Assembly (NCBI GenBank): GCA_030704615.1 | Contig: CM060732.1 | Coordinates: 73,470,001-73,534,000 of the forward strand | Length of the DNA: 64,000 nt | Source: Takakia lepidozioides | Taxonomy: Eukaryota; Plantae; Bryophyta | Reading direction: 5' to 3' | Shown here: in pieces, positions 1 through 13,768 of the stretch | Layout: every line of letters starts with the position of its first letter | Position numbering within the stretch: the first letter of the stretch is position 1 | Position numbers and translations under genes: made by a program | The notes under the pieces: model-generated | The model's database searches: none | The model's input: only the letters and a program-made list of their open reading frames with translations | What the model was told of the DNA's origin: nothing

Positions 1-1497
1 AATTGGAGTTTTCCATGCCTCCAGGGTGTAGTCAAAGATCAGACTATCTTCTCTTTCATTGAAGCTTGGTTTTATGTATGTGCCTATTGCTGTTGAATTG
101 ACCGTCGGCGGGAGATTTCATTTACTCCATACGACTCCGATGTGTTGCTATCATTTTCAAAATCGATGCTACTTGTAATGCCATGAAGATTCACATGATC
201 ATCTTTGTAGGAGTAGCCATTTTACCCAAGAATGCGATGACATAATTGATGTAGCTAGCGTTAGCATTACCTTCCACAAGTTATCTGCTTCTCCGCGTTG
301 GTGTACCTCAGATGCTCTACAGGTGTATCATAAAGGATGATGGGTGTGGGTGGAGAATTTCTCCAGCTGCTGTTGGGCCTTATCAAGCTGCTTCAGCCTA
401 TGATGGACCACGCCTTGCCACCTCGACATGCATTCCATCTGAAAATGTTCCCAACACCACAACGGCAAGTCCAATGTCAAATCAATTTCCAGTTCTGCAT
501 TTTGCCCTGTATGCAGGGGTTGTGCACGGCCTGTCTGTTTTGATTTCCAGTTTTCCAGTCTATGGATCTTTTGGCAAGTTCACATATGAAAGTGGAAGTA
601 TAATGCATCCAAATAGTAGCCTAGTTGTCACTATCATCCATTGTGTGGTGCAACCTTCTTGGCAAGATGATGAGGCACATGATAGACAAGTGCAGGAGTT
701 AGTTCGACACTGAACAAAATTGTTGGCATCTCTTAAACAAGTATGCAAGTGTGCAAGTATGGGAGGTGTCTTTTGCAAGTACCAACATGGCTTGATGCAT
801 TTCATCTTGCCGGTATGGTGAAACCTGACATGGAAGGTATTTGATCAACTGTGCAGATATTTGTACAACGACTGAACCCCAGTTATAACTGATGATGATT
901 TGATGTGTGTTGGGCAGTTTGGAGATCTCTTTTGGCTTTTGTTTGAAGTCCTCCCCTAGTAGCTGAGAAGACATCAATTGCAAGCTGACATATGCTGTGC
1001 TTTTTCCTGGCACTCCATTCTGCAGGAGCTGCCAGCCCTTGTTTGATAACAAGACCAAAACTCAAAACTCAAAATATCAAACTAGACACCCAGGTTCTAA
1101 GAAAGATGTTCTCATGTCAAATAACCACAAAGAAAAAAGCAATTCAAATGAAAATTTCATTACTTGGTGTGATGATGGTGGTCTAGTTCTTCCTGACGGT
1201 TTTTAGTAGAAAACAGACTTCTAAGCTACCAGCATTTTTCACACACCATCGTGTCACACCTATTCAGAGGCAAACCTCATGAATCATGAATCATACTACA
1301 GCCATTTACTGCCTAAAGTTGTACTAGTTGATTTGACCTAACTGCTGGAAAAGGCAGTGAAGGCTGTGTACATACCTACCTATTCCAAATAATTAACAAC
1401 AATTTCATGTTGGATGTCAAAATTGTACATTAAGTGCACTACATAGTGTTGACAGTTGATTACAACCCCGAAAATGGTTGCTACTAAGAGCTGATTA

Positions 1498-4400
1498 TCA
1501 CAGGTCAGGACTCGCCTCCTCAGCAACGACATTGAGGGTGGCCTGCTCGCCATGTGACCTTTTCACCCGCATCACAAATGTAGTCCCAACTTTGTCCCCC
1601 AAAGCTTCCACAATCTGCTCCCAGACTCAGAGCAATTGTGCAAAGAGGATGAAGAGGGCTGGATAACGGAAGATTATAGATGCAATTTGCACTACATCCT
1701 TCCCTCTGTCTACATTGTGAACGGAAACCATAGTGTTAAGGTCTAGTATGGCGATTTGGAGGAGGATTAAAGAGCAGAGTTCTAGGCCTATTGCCACTAG
1801 CACATTATGCCATTTGCACTAGCACATTATGAAACATAATATGTTTGATTAGGACTTGCAAGCCAATGAGAGGGCGGCAGACGCAATCCTTAATGCTATG
1901 GGAAGGGCCCCCCACATGCCATTATGGCGGTGTCGGCAGCAGCTCGCCCTCCGGCTCGCCACCACCTTACCCGCCACAATGGCACGTGTGGGGCCCATTC
2001 CATAGTACATAATATCGGCTTCAGCACTAATGCTCATTGCCAGACAGCAGCCTTTTCCAATAACTGAAGTGACAGGCTATTCAAATTAGCACCATCATAC
2101 CTGATTGATGTTGTTGATGGGAACTCCGTCAAACTCCACAATGACATCATCATTCCATACCCCAGCTCGTGCTGCTGGAGAGCCTGGAATTACCTGCAGT
2201 TACGCACCACCATCACCCTTATGTGCTTCTGAATTCACTCTTTTACAGGCTACAGATGATGTAGTAAAGTTGTTCTCACAGATTAAAAAATATGGTAAAA
2301 ATAGCGAGGTGAATTCCTTTCATATGGCATGTGTGCAATGGAATGATTCCACATATTTCACTAGATGCACTCAACTACGCACGTTGCAGCTAGTTCTTTG
2401 CCCAAAAACCTAAATAAAAAGGCCCACCTGTGAGACAAGAACACCAGAAGTTACATCAGGAAATCCTGGCTTTATTTCCTTCAGTTGCACAATTCTGGGC
2501 TCAGTAAGCTCCCACATTTTCATCCCTAGCCATGGGCGCACCACACGCCTGCATTCATCTCACACTTAGCATCTCTTCAAGACAGACACCTGCACAGATC
2601 CCAAATGGCACCAGAAATGTGATAAACATGTAGTCCATTTAGCTCCAAGGACTAAAGCACTACACTATTTAGAGAAGAGTAACTGACCTCCGCTTCTTGA
2701 GCTGTTCCACAATTTTTATAGCAGCATCAATGGGAATGGCGAAGCTGACACCATCAGCCGCCAAAGCCTTCATGGTGTTGATGCCGATAACCTCTCCATC
2801 CAGATTCACTAGTGGTCCCCCCGAGTTACCCTGCAATCCACAAGTGTACACAACACCATTGGCAACTGAAAAGGTACTTTTTGGTGCAAACAATTCAACA
2901 ACTTGGTCCCTCTGACTGATTTTAAGTCCAAACCATGCCAAGAACAAGCACCTCCATACAAAGCACCCTGTTAAAATAAGCCAGTAAGATAAATCTAAAT
3001 GAAATCAATCCCTTATATTTCCTCACATTGTGGAGGGTGCCTCTTCCCTCAGTGTGCGTCTGGACAGGGTCGAACGTCAAAAGAGAACCACTCATAGGAA
3101 CCACTTCCAAAACTAACATGACATGAGAGAATTTACATCAAAGGATTTCACAAAATTTCCAGCGGGTTGACACACCAGGACATTGCCTTTTGGGTGGTGC
3201 ATCAGATGTGTGATTTATTGCATCTGTACAGGTTAGCTTTGCTTTTCAGATGCACACCATGCTTGCAAGAACAGGTCTCCGTGATGCCTAGCAAATCCAT
3301 CAGGAAAACTAATAGATCTCAAGCACACATTGACTAGACTGCAGGGTCTTCAAATCATAAGATGAATCAACCATATTACCTGGTTGATAGCAGCATCTGT
3401 CTGAATATACCCTGTACCTACTCCCCCGAGACCAATTTCTGAGTTTTTGCGGTCCACACAGCTGCATACTCAGGCAATTGAGTAGATTAGAACGATACCA
3501 CATCTGTAAGCTTGTCTGAGTGGAAGTGACCACTTATATAACTACTTGAGAAGGCATTCCAACCTGATGATTCCTGCTGTGACGGTATTGTGAAGATGAA
3601 GAGGGCTACCCAACGCCACCACCCATTCTCCTGGCCTAAGATCTTTGCTTGATCCAAGCTTTGCTGTTGGCAACGGCCTTGAAGACTCCACTTTTATTAC
3701 AGCTAGGTCAGAGAGTGCATCGAAGCTGATCACCTCACCCTCAAACTTGCGTCCATCTTGCAATGTCACAGCCAACTGCACAAATATCAGGAAATAAAGT
3801 CGAGATCGGTGCCCTACATATTATCAAGCACAAAAGCACTAGATTGATTGCACTAGATTGAGAAAGGGAACCCTGAGAAACCTTACAAAAAGCTCACCAT
3901 GCCTTTGTATTTGCCCTTCTGTTCATTGGCCACCACATGAGCATTTGTCAAGATGGTCCCATCTGATTGAATGATGAATCCTGAACCTGCTGTTTCTCCG
4001 AAATATGCATACCGCCTACCTGCAGAAATAACTCAATAGCCAATTTCACAAAACCTGCTTCCAAATGAACTGCAATCACACACAGCAGCTGTCTAAATAG
4101 GCACTCTTAAAGACTGACATAAATAAGACTCGTCAGGTAGGGTCAAGCAGATCAGGACAGCTCAGTAAGTTCTTCAAGAAGCAGTTGAAGTGATAATCGG
4201 AGATTATAACTACAATAGATGATACTGCGACCACACATGCCTAGTTTTGATTCTCCTTCATACTAAGATTGTCATTGCATAATGAACGGCGACCACAGTG
4301 GCTTGCATAATTAGTATTCTGCAAATGTCTTATGTGTCAATGGGAAAACTTACCAAAAGACATCTTTACATTTACAACAGCTGGAGCAGCTCTAGCAGCA

Positions 4401-5492
4401 GCATCAGCAATGGCATGGCGAGTTAGGCAATCTCCACCATGCTCGGGTGCAGAGGCATTCTCAGGCGGTGGCTTCTGGGATGTTGGTTCTGGACAAACAA
4501 CACAGGCTCTTAAAAGTGGAAATGAGTTGACATCCAGGACATGTGTTCCACTCATTTCATCATCTGCTTCACATACAAGTCAGCCATACCCATTAACCCC
4601 TAGAGTTATCTAAGTGTCTTACCCAACATAAAGATACCATCAAGCAGAATTGCAACAAAACACAGCGATGAGTGTGTGTGCTCTTATGAGAATTTCACTC
4701 ATATGGAAGAGCAGAAGATCATATAATCTGTCGAAAACATAATTCCACTCAACATTCTCCATGGACTGACACTCGTACATACATTTCCCACCAACCGCAG
4801 AATATTGAATGTCCCACCAGCGACCAATGATGTACATGAACAGACGGTGAAATTTGTGGTGTCAAAACAGTTCTAGAATTATATGAATCCTCCTGTGCTT
4901 GATTTCCTGACCCCAACTTTCAACCCTCGATGGATACTTTTTGCAGTGACCAACAACAAGTCTACCCTCGACAGATACTTTTTGCAGTGACCAACAACAA
5001 GTCTACCCTCGACGGATACTTTTTGCAGTGACCAACAACAAGTCTACCCTCGATGGATACTTTTTGCAGTGACCAACAACAAGTCTATTGCAGGTCACAT
5101 TGTAACGTGCCATTGTTATTTAGTATGACATGGAAACCCTTCCCCATCCCAAATTCAAGCATCTGGACTAAGTAGTCATACCACAGGTATGTGAGTGGAC
5201 AAATCCCTCCAAATACCAAAGCCAGGATGCAGTAAGTGATATTGTCTTTCTGGTACTTTGCCAACCGAGTAGCCTGCAATGAATGGATGGGACAAATAGC
5301 TGGCCAAATTATGTACGGAATGAACAAAAGCATACCATGCAGCTGTTCTGACCATAGAGCCACAGTGGTGGAGCCAAGTAGCAACCCTGCCACCATTCCT
5401 GATTTCATTCCAGAACCTTCGAAAGGCCTTGCTTTGTATCTGAGCCGCCATAGCAACTCTCCATTTTCCTGGGACTGACTGGTTGAAACCAC
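1498..5492 (-). CDS. DEG14: Deg/HtrA serine protease with PDZ domain (Deg14/PARK13-like), multi-exon; 5' end uncertain, may extend to an ATG near 7474
   Basis: Exons give [19 protein letters not shown] (His, ~3920-3990), DLAVIKV (Asp) and [13 protein letters not shown] (3566-3776), [10 protein letters not shown] (~3380-3412), GNSGGPL (Ser, 2686-2832), then [14 protein letters not shown] and [11 protein letters not shown]. The C-terminus is EEASPDL* (stop 1498-1500), like plant Deg14. Confidence 0.85.
4923..5086. repeat. Minisatellite, 4 x 41 bp, in a DEG14 intron
   Basis: ACCCTCGAyrGATACTTTTTGCAGTGACCAACAACAAGTCT starts at 4923, 4964, 5005 and 5046. Confidence 0.9.
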
Positions 5493-7920
5493 CTGAAACC
5501 CAGACCAGAATTACTGCTACCTTACAATACAAGGTCCAATGTCAGTTATTTTGATCAAATCCCTAAAGCCCAGTCACCATACAAAGCCTGCGACTAATCA
5601 GAACTGAGTTCGCCTGAAGACAATGTTGAAAGTCTTGATTATTCACATGAGGATCTCTTCACACACATGCCTACTAATAGCAATAATAGCTCTTACAATC
5701 GTTCTGAAGCTTGAAGGGAAAACATACAAGAAGTCAGGCACAGCTTCTGTGAACATGGGGTACATTTGAATCAGCTAGTATGAGCTATCGCTTTGTTTTA
5801 TCCAGGTTCCAAAGGCAGTCTGCCAAGGATCTTCATGTTAGATTGTCTACGAAGACTCTTGTGTCAGGGTTTGAGCAGACTGGATTCACGAAGATCTCTC
5901 CTTCAAACCCAACTGCGGCGTTCCAGGAGGACCAACTCCAACAGGTACCAGCAGTTGATTGTCAAGAATAACTCCACAGAGGGTAACATGCTGCTGAGAT
6001 GTTTCTAATGCCATGCAGCTGTGAAAAAATTAAGCATTGCTCTCCAGCATAAAATTCTCATTACGACTCCTGATAAAGAATCTCCCATTTCCCACCGGGT
6101 TCATCTTAAAACCGGTTTATCAGCAGCACACTCTAACAAGCTTCAAGGGCAAAGTAATGCTACAGCTAATTCTGGACAACGAAATGAATATCACCTCACA
6201 TCTCCAACCTAACAACTTCTTGGCAACGGAACTCCGTTCTGAGCAGCTGGTTCAGCAGTATGACAAAGATCCAGAGTATGACTAAGCGATGTTCAATTCT
6301 GTCATCCGGTTTAGCTTAAATACAGCTCATCATAGACATTTACCAGCCTCAATGACCATCCACAGTATTAGGTCGATGCTTACATCATTGTTTCTGATGG
6401 GTAAACAGCTTGTTGATGGTTAGATTGGTCATTAAGTACTTAGGAAACTCGAAAACCCTTCAAATTTTAGGGACAGGGGAATGCCACCGTCTGATGATGT
6501 GTACACATTCTGAGAAGATCATACCTATCCGAATATATCTTCAATTGCAGAGTTCAGTACGGTATGTGTGTAGAATCACCTTTCAGAATTTCACAACACT
6601 CGTCTATAATCACTCGGTAGTAAAGACCGATCTAATCCATTCACGCAACACCAGATTAGCATACCCTCTACATAGAAGGGAGAATTCACTTTTGAGCTGC
6701 ACACTACTGCAACATTAATAAGTCAAATCAACTGTCTGGGGAAAATTTTACTGTGAAATTCATATAGCATCCTGACAAACCGAACCCCACATGATGCATC
6801 CTATGCCCCTCCCCGTACTCCATCCAAACAGACGGATCCACACTACAGTTCTTCGGAACATGCAATCCGAAGGTTCTGTTTGTGCAACATGAGATGACCC
6901 ATGAATCCAATGTGACCCGATGGTACTCACATTGGCCCACTTGATGAAATTCCTGACCCCGCTCTTGGTTGCTGCGGACCAGCGCGCAGCCATGCCTGCA
7001 CGCACTCTTCCCGCCCTGTTGCTCCACACGTTTGCTCTGCTTCTTCTCTCCTCATAAACAGGCATCCATTGTGGATGAATGCTTTCCTACATGTGTGGAT
7101 GAATTTTATTGTAGGACATATTCTTTCAAGATGTACCATGTATATACGATGGCTCCTTCACAAATTACATACACGATGATACAACAATTAGAATACATCT
7201 ATCAATTTTCAACTCTTAAATGGAAAATAATACCTACGTTGGTATGTACCTCGGTACGTATACTGCACAGAATACGTAGACAGAAGTTGGTTATGAAAGT
7301 GAGGTGCAACAACAAAGGGGTGGCTGCAGTCTCGGTGCCAGGAATTGAATCCGTTCTACACTTGGGCCACGCTGCTCTTCTCTTACTTTCCTGCCGACAT
7401 GCAAACTCATTTCTTAGCCTTTTGAGAACCCGCGCTGGTTGGCGCCCCACAAGATTAGTCAAGTTGGTTGCCATACATGACGAGTTTTCCAGAATTTGGG
7501 AGCGGATTTCAGTGATATGCAGATGGTTAAACTGAAAGCGCATATTTGCATGCTATACTGGGTGGGTAGATCGCAGATTTCGCTTTGGCAGACTGTAACC
7601 GAAAGAGTGAAACGACCCACTAAACGGGAGACAAATAGGGAATAGATGGAAGATTGGGAGAGAATTGTCCGCGAGCTAGGGGATCTTCGTTCATCTGCAT
7701 ACATAGATTTCCCGACAAGATTTCCTGCTGCAGTGCACATGCCGAGCATGTAGAGGATATCCGGCCGAACATAAATGTTACCTGAAGGAACACACAGGAA
7801 CATATAGAACGCCGAGAGAGAGGTCTGCCGCAGAATACATTGGAGATTTCTGAGAGTTTTGCATCTGTAAATCCCATTGTGTAGTTAGAACAGTTGCTTT
7901 CTTACCAAAGCGAAGAGACA

Positions 7921-8109
7921 GGGAGTTGGCAAGGTTTTGAGAATTTTGACATCTAGATGCGGCCTTCAATGGTAATCTACTGTAACAAGAGAATCAACGT
8001 CACACGCTGTGTACAGTTACTTTCGAAGAGGCAGCCAGGGAAAGGGAGTTGGCAAGGTTTTGAGAATTTTGAAATCTAGATGCGGCCTTCAATAGTAAGA
8101 GAATCAACG
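7921..8109. repeat. Two-copy direct duplication (~123 bp spacing)
   Basis: GGGAGTTGGCAAGGTTTTGAGAATTTTGAmATCTAGATGCGGCCTTCAAT occurs at 7921 and 8044, each followed by AAGAGAATCAACG. Confidence 0.75.
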
Positions 8110-9165
8110 GTGTATGTGTCATTTATTTATTTTGGACGGGACTGATCAGGAGGAAGATAAACAAACGACCACGAACAGATGTGGACAATGATACCAGAGG
8201 ATTACCAGGTAATACTCTGATTTCGACTGATCTCCGATGCGAGAGAGTGTTTGCTTGCTCTAGAAACAATCCAGTCACAAGAATTCATGGAGGTAGTGAC
8301 TAGTGACCCACCCTGTTCATTCCTATCTGTGGCAAACATGCTAGCAAAGCTCTTGTAGCGAAGCTCTTATCGTGGGGTGGGTGCTCGTGGGTGTAGGTTC
8401 GAACCCTCGACGGTCCACACTCCACACCAAGAAAAAAGCACGAACTCATACATTGACTTGTAATACTTCAGTTCAAGTAATATGAAATGCAACTTTGTGC
8501 GTTCTGATAGCAATATATAGCTTTTGAAAATCAGATTCTAAAGAACTGCATCATCTGTGCATGTGAATTATTTGCACACTGCATACCTGCTTAGGAGATA
8601 ATAGGCTCCACAGCTCAGTATGTCACTAGACAGTCATCCTTGACTTTGAGTTCAAATCTCAGAAAAACAGGGCAGATGATCCTCTGCAACATACCCAGAT
8701 GTAATGGAGGCTCACATGTGGCTAATCCAATTGATGCACAACTTAAGATGAGACCATCTAATCCAGATACCAGGCCGGCGTAGGTCAATGTTAGAAATAA
8801 AGTTGTCCCATATTCTTTGTACTGTTTGTACTTGCTGCTATAAATACAGAAATAGGCCACAAGTTGTTGACTCTTGCAAGACATAAAAGAAAAAAGCGGG
8901 AGGATGGGGCTTCTGACCAGTCCCCAATTCAAACTCTCATCTGCCTCTGGCGCTCGTGCACTCAATCATATATTTCATGGTTTGATCAGGGTTGCCGAGA
9001 TAATATCTGCTTGGGTAGCCTGTGATCAGTACTCTGTAACACGGATGCTCAAAAGATGACACAGTCGAATTACACCCTCCACAGTAGGGCATCGTGACTG
9101 TAGAGAGACAAGGGATTTCCTGGTACCTCACAAGAGTGAACCATTGCAGGTTGCAAGTGTATTGC

Positions 9166-12100
9166 TTATAGAACCTTTGTGGCCCCAGCCCTGAACCCTT
9201 TCCTGCCCAGGTGGTTGGCAGTGGAGAAGCACCCTGACTGCAACGCACTCAAACTTCTAATCCAGACAGAATCTGCCAATACAACTTCACTGTCATCATT
9301 CCTGTGCCAGCTCCAGTATGCATGGGTGGCATTCAAAATGTTCAGCTCCCCATGCCCAAAGCTTGCCTCCCGATACACTGACCATTCTGGAGGCGAGTCC
9401 AAAAATCTGCCACCCACCCTCTAGTCAGAATAATTTCAAAGTGGGGTAATCTTTTCCTGGTACCAAAGTAGTCTGGATAAAAGTACGAGTGAGTAATCGA
9501 GCTGATGCAAATAGTGGGCTTGACAATAGTTTAACATGCAAGTTACAGGAGTTCAAGAAACAGCGGGGGCTCAACAAATGTCCGAGTTTACAGTGAAGGG
9601 CCTAAAGCTGTCCAACGTAAGATTTATTTTGGACTGGCAGCTGAAAACTACTTAGCCGAGTTGGCCCTTGCCATGGATGTCTGGCAGGATTAGAGTATTC
9701 ACAACCAGCCTTTCCTCTTCATTTACTGTGAGGTCAAGTATGACGTGGTAAGAAACAAGACAAGTTACCCTAGTGGTATAAAGGCATCCTCTCTCTGGAT
9801 GTATGCTAGTTTGCAACATTGAAAAGCCACTCTTGCAAGAGGGCACCAACATTTGAAAGACAAGACTTATCAAAATTGTGCTTTTCTCCCTGCAGAACCA
9901 AATATAGACATCGCGCTGACTCTGGAGAAACTAGTAGGTGCCCTCCCTGAAAGTTACAACAGGTCAATTGACAGATACACAAGATGTAGAATAAATACAA
10001 TCCCGCAACTTTCCCAACCTCCTACTGAAGAATACCAGGACACCCATCCAACCATCCTAGTATCCACATTCCCTTCCTTCCCCCGCACCATCGCCGATAT
10101 GGAGGACCTTTAGGAAGAAAATGTACCTGTTGGCAAGACCTTCACGGTTGCCACCATCGCCGATGGTGATGGGTATCAGGCCACATGGATCAACCTTCTT
10201 CAAATATACTCTTGTCTGCCACACCCCCAATTACGCATTGAGCTTCAACACTGAAAATCCAGGAACTCCCACTGATACTGATATGACACACAAAAGGGTA
10301 AGAGTGCTGCACCCAACCCACTCCAACCTAGTATTACAGCAAGAGCTAGAAAATGGTATTTAGACTACTCTCAGCTTAACACTTCAAGATAGTAGTCTGA
10401 CATGGATAAAATTGCAACGTTCTTTAAGATATCACCTCGCACAAAAGAGGAAGCTACTTATGTTTCCACTTCATTGAGTTGTTGAAACTGCTAGGAGGAT
10501 ACAAATGGCCGCAAAGGTTTTTCAATCAGATAGGGAACAAAGGGAAGAAAGTGAGTGGTAGTACTGAGCGCTCATAAGCATGGACATGGCCAGCAAACAG
10601 GATATCCACTCTCGCCTCATGAAGCAATGGCTCCATGGCTTCCATCATCGCATCACCGTCACCCTGGTGGGCACAATTTGTGTTGTACCAGGGTGCATGC
10701 AATACCACTATGAGCCACGGTGTTCTGCTCCTGTCCACCTTTGCTAAATCTGCCTGCATCACAACATTTCGAAGATTATTGAAGTGGACTGTAAATTGCA
10801 ATCAACCACGAGACTAGAGTCTGATCATAGTTTAGGAGGAGCAGAAAAATGATGAGCATCACAGTTCCAGCCTTGCAGATTCTTCCTAACAGAATCTACT
10901 TATTCCCGGAGTTCACCCAAAGAGGGACTGAAGAGGATGATCTCACTCGCAAAAACGAGACAAAGTGCTATTCCTCTAAGCCTAATCTGGATCACATGGA
11001 TGTTATCCTTCACCTCATGGCAACAATTTGAGCTTTTGGAGAACTGTTTGAGCTTATAATTCAGTTGTAGGGAAGCAGCTCGTGATTTGAGGTTCTATTT
11101 ACACATATTATATAACATGAAAGAAGATGTTTACTTTAAGCCACTTGTATTGGGCGGAGTCCTTGTCATAGTCCTCGTAGGATCCTAACATGAGGACATG
11201 AACCCCAGCGACTTCGAAAGAGTAATACAGATTGGAGTTCGATCCGCTCTCGTCATGCGGCATCTGCCAGCGAGTGTTGTATGACCGAAATGCGTCAATG
11301 ATAAAAGGAATCCCCTCAACATCATGGTTTCCCTCTGTTACCATCCATGGCCTTGCGCTGGCATAAGGTGACATCAACTGACCAAAGGAGTCCCACGAGG
11401 GTTGATAGTAGTCAGCATATGACAAGTCACCAGCAAACAGCAGGATGTCATAATCTGAATTCCCAATGTGCGTCAGGGTGGATTGTGTCCATCCAGTTTG
11501 CCCCAAATCACCTGCATGTTTTCAATTGGGCACAATGCATGTACATCAGCGAGGTGTCAGATATACGTATGGAGGAAAGAGAAACTGTTCTAGCTCACAA
11601 TGGTGCAAGACTGTGAGAAAACTAACAGTTCCCAAACAGGAAATGGAGATGAAAGGCTCGGTGATGGAAAGGGATGTTTTGAAGGGTGGGCTTGGGAAGT
11701 AAGAACTCACCCACAACTGCAAATTTGATGGGCACTTCGGGTCCAGCAGGAGGAGGGGTTGTGAACTTGTATTCAGGGCCAACACCTCCACACTGATAGT
11801 AATAAGTGGTGCTATCTTTCAGTGGACCCAAAACCACATGATGCATGTGACCAGATCGGTACAGTAGGTAGCTATAGCTGCTGCTCTCCCCACTTGCAAT
11901 GGTAGTGTATGCTCCCGAGGAGGTTCCATAGTGCACAGTGGATGCTGCATTGGAACCAGATGTCATCCAAGACACTCTCATACGACTTGGTCCAGCCAAC
12001 GACACATGCACCTGTGTGCCTTTGTGTTAGCAAGTTCACAACAACCAACACAACAGTGTTACAAGCCTCTGAGTGTAGGGCTATCATGCTCCAAAAAACA

Positions 12101-13477
12101 AAATGACCGTCATTTCTTAATAACTAGATAATCATTTCATCATAGTCTTAACATAACCTTCAGAACCTTCAAAACCTTTGCAGTTACTTTCTACTGATCT
12201 CCTGCCTCCTACCCCTCAACCTCTATCTACATTTCCAACTCCTTTCCATTGTGGGACCATTCTCAATTTGAATAGGGTTCCCATGACACCCATCCCTCAC
12301 TCATCACTGTCGGCTGCCAAACTTTGCAGGAGAAGTTTGGCTCATTTGCGGTGATGGCCGGGATAGATCAATGATAGCTCATAACTCAATTCAAGGTCAC
12401 ATTCTTCACATCCGAGTCTAAGGTGTAGCTTGATGAAAACAGCACTTTCATGCCGAACTAATCCTCTTCAAATCTTTGAAGTTACATTTTGCTATCTCCT
12501 GCCTCCCACCCCCCCTCAATCTTCATGTACCTTTCCCACTCCATCCTGCTCTTTCCCAAAATAGCAGTGGGAACATTCTGATTTTGAATAAGGTTACCAT
12601 GACAGTTATCCTCACTGAATTACTATCGACCCCCAACAGTGGGTCTCCAGGAGAACGTTGATTCATTTGAGGTGACGGGTCACTGATCAGGTCGAGATAA
12701 ACTAGCATTGAAAGCTCAAAACACAATTCAAAGTCACATTGTTCATAATATGAGTCTGAAGTCTGGAATTTGAAAACAGCACATTCATGTTGAACATCAT
12801 CAGGTATGGATATGGATATGTCGACCTACTTCAGGACGAGTCCTACAGGGGACCTTTCTGTCAATCAACTCCAGAGCGCTCCATCAACGCATCCAACCAA
12901 TTCAGTTACAAAATGCTTCCTAATCGGTCATGAACACCGGGAAGTTTGAAATTCCTCATACAACTGTAAGAAACTCGTGCGGGGAAGGGGGATACGGGAA
13001 ATAGTATCAAAGCACCCTACTTCTTGACACTACAAGGACTAATTCGGGTTCAATTTGTGAACCTGTAGCATGGACACTAAGAAGGGACCCCCACTATGGG
13101 AACACAATTGCACGTTGCAACCATAAAAACAGTTGACCCTTTCCCACAATTCAATGATTTCTTCTGTTGCAAGGCTATCTTGCCCAAAACCATCGGCAGA
13201 CAAGACTACACAGATACGAACAACCTCCCCATGGTCCGCCTCAAGGATAGAAATCTCTCTCTCTCTCTATCTCTCTCTCCTTAAAAAACCAACGCCCAAT
13301 TTCCCGCTATCTCACATCGAGATTCCAACGCACCTGCTCAGGCTCGTTCGTCTTCTTCGAAGACAGCGACACTGAAAGCCTCTCCCGGGCAGCAGGACGC
13401 ACGTAGGGTCCCGCTTCTGCCACCCACAGCACCACCGCCACACCCACTAATCTCAGAACCCACTTCCCTGCCTCCAT
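9166..13477 (-). CDS. Secreted purple acid phosphatase (PAP18-like), ~6 exons
   Basis: Signal peptide MEAGKWVLRLVGVAVVLWVAEA (ATG 13477), followed by the FN3-like domain (VHVSLAGPSRMRVSW...YYYQCG). All five metal-ligand blocks are present: GDLG, GDLSY, GNHD, VLH, GHVH. C-terminal ITIGDGGNREGLA and REASFGHG follow. Confidence 0.92.
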
Positions 13478-13768
13478 CGCCACCAAATTCCCACTGCAAA
13501 ACACGAGCAAATGTCTCGCAATTCCTCGCTCCCCTCTCACCACTCTCCCCCTTCACCGACCCATGCCACGCAGGACCCCACCTCTTGTCCCCAGCAACGA
13601 GCATGGATGCATGCACTGTGCAGCCTGCTACTCATCTTCAACTGACATTCATCCGTCCTTTAGATTGCATTGCCCGTGACACTGGTTTGATCAGTGTGTG
13701 TTCATTATTCGGGGGCGTGATTGCAGAGGTGGGTTCTGCAGATCAGCTGCTGCGCACACGGATCGGAT
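13478..13768. promoter_or_regulatory. Putative bidirectional promoter/5'UTR region between PAP and arabinokinase
   Basis: Only 291 bp separate the divergent ATGs at 13477 (-) and 13769 (+). Confidence 0.55.

Noticed and set aside
312-1206. Short ORFs as a gene
   Set aside because: No recognisable motifs or consistent exon chain.
8350-8440. tRNA gene or tRNA-derived SINE (GGTTCGAACCC B-box)
   Set aside because: No cloverleaf, convincing A-box or TSD could be built.
12250-12795. Degenerate two-copy duplication (~320 bp period) in the first PAP intron
   Set aside because: Visible but old and non-coding; no functional signal.
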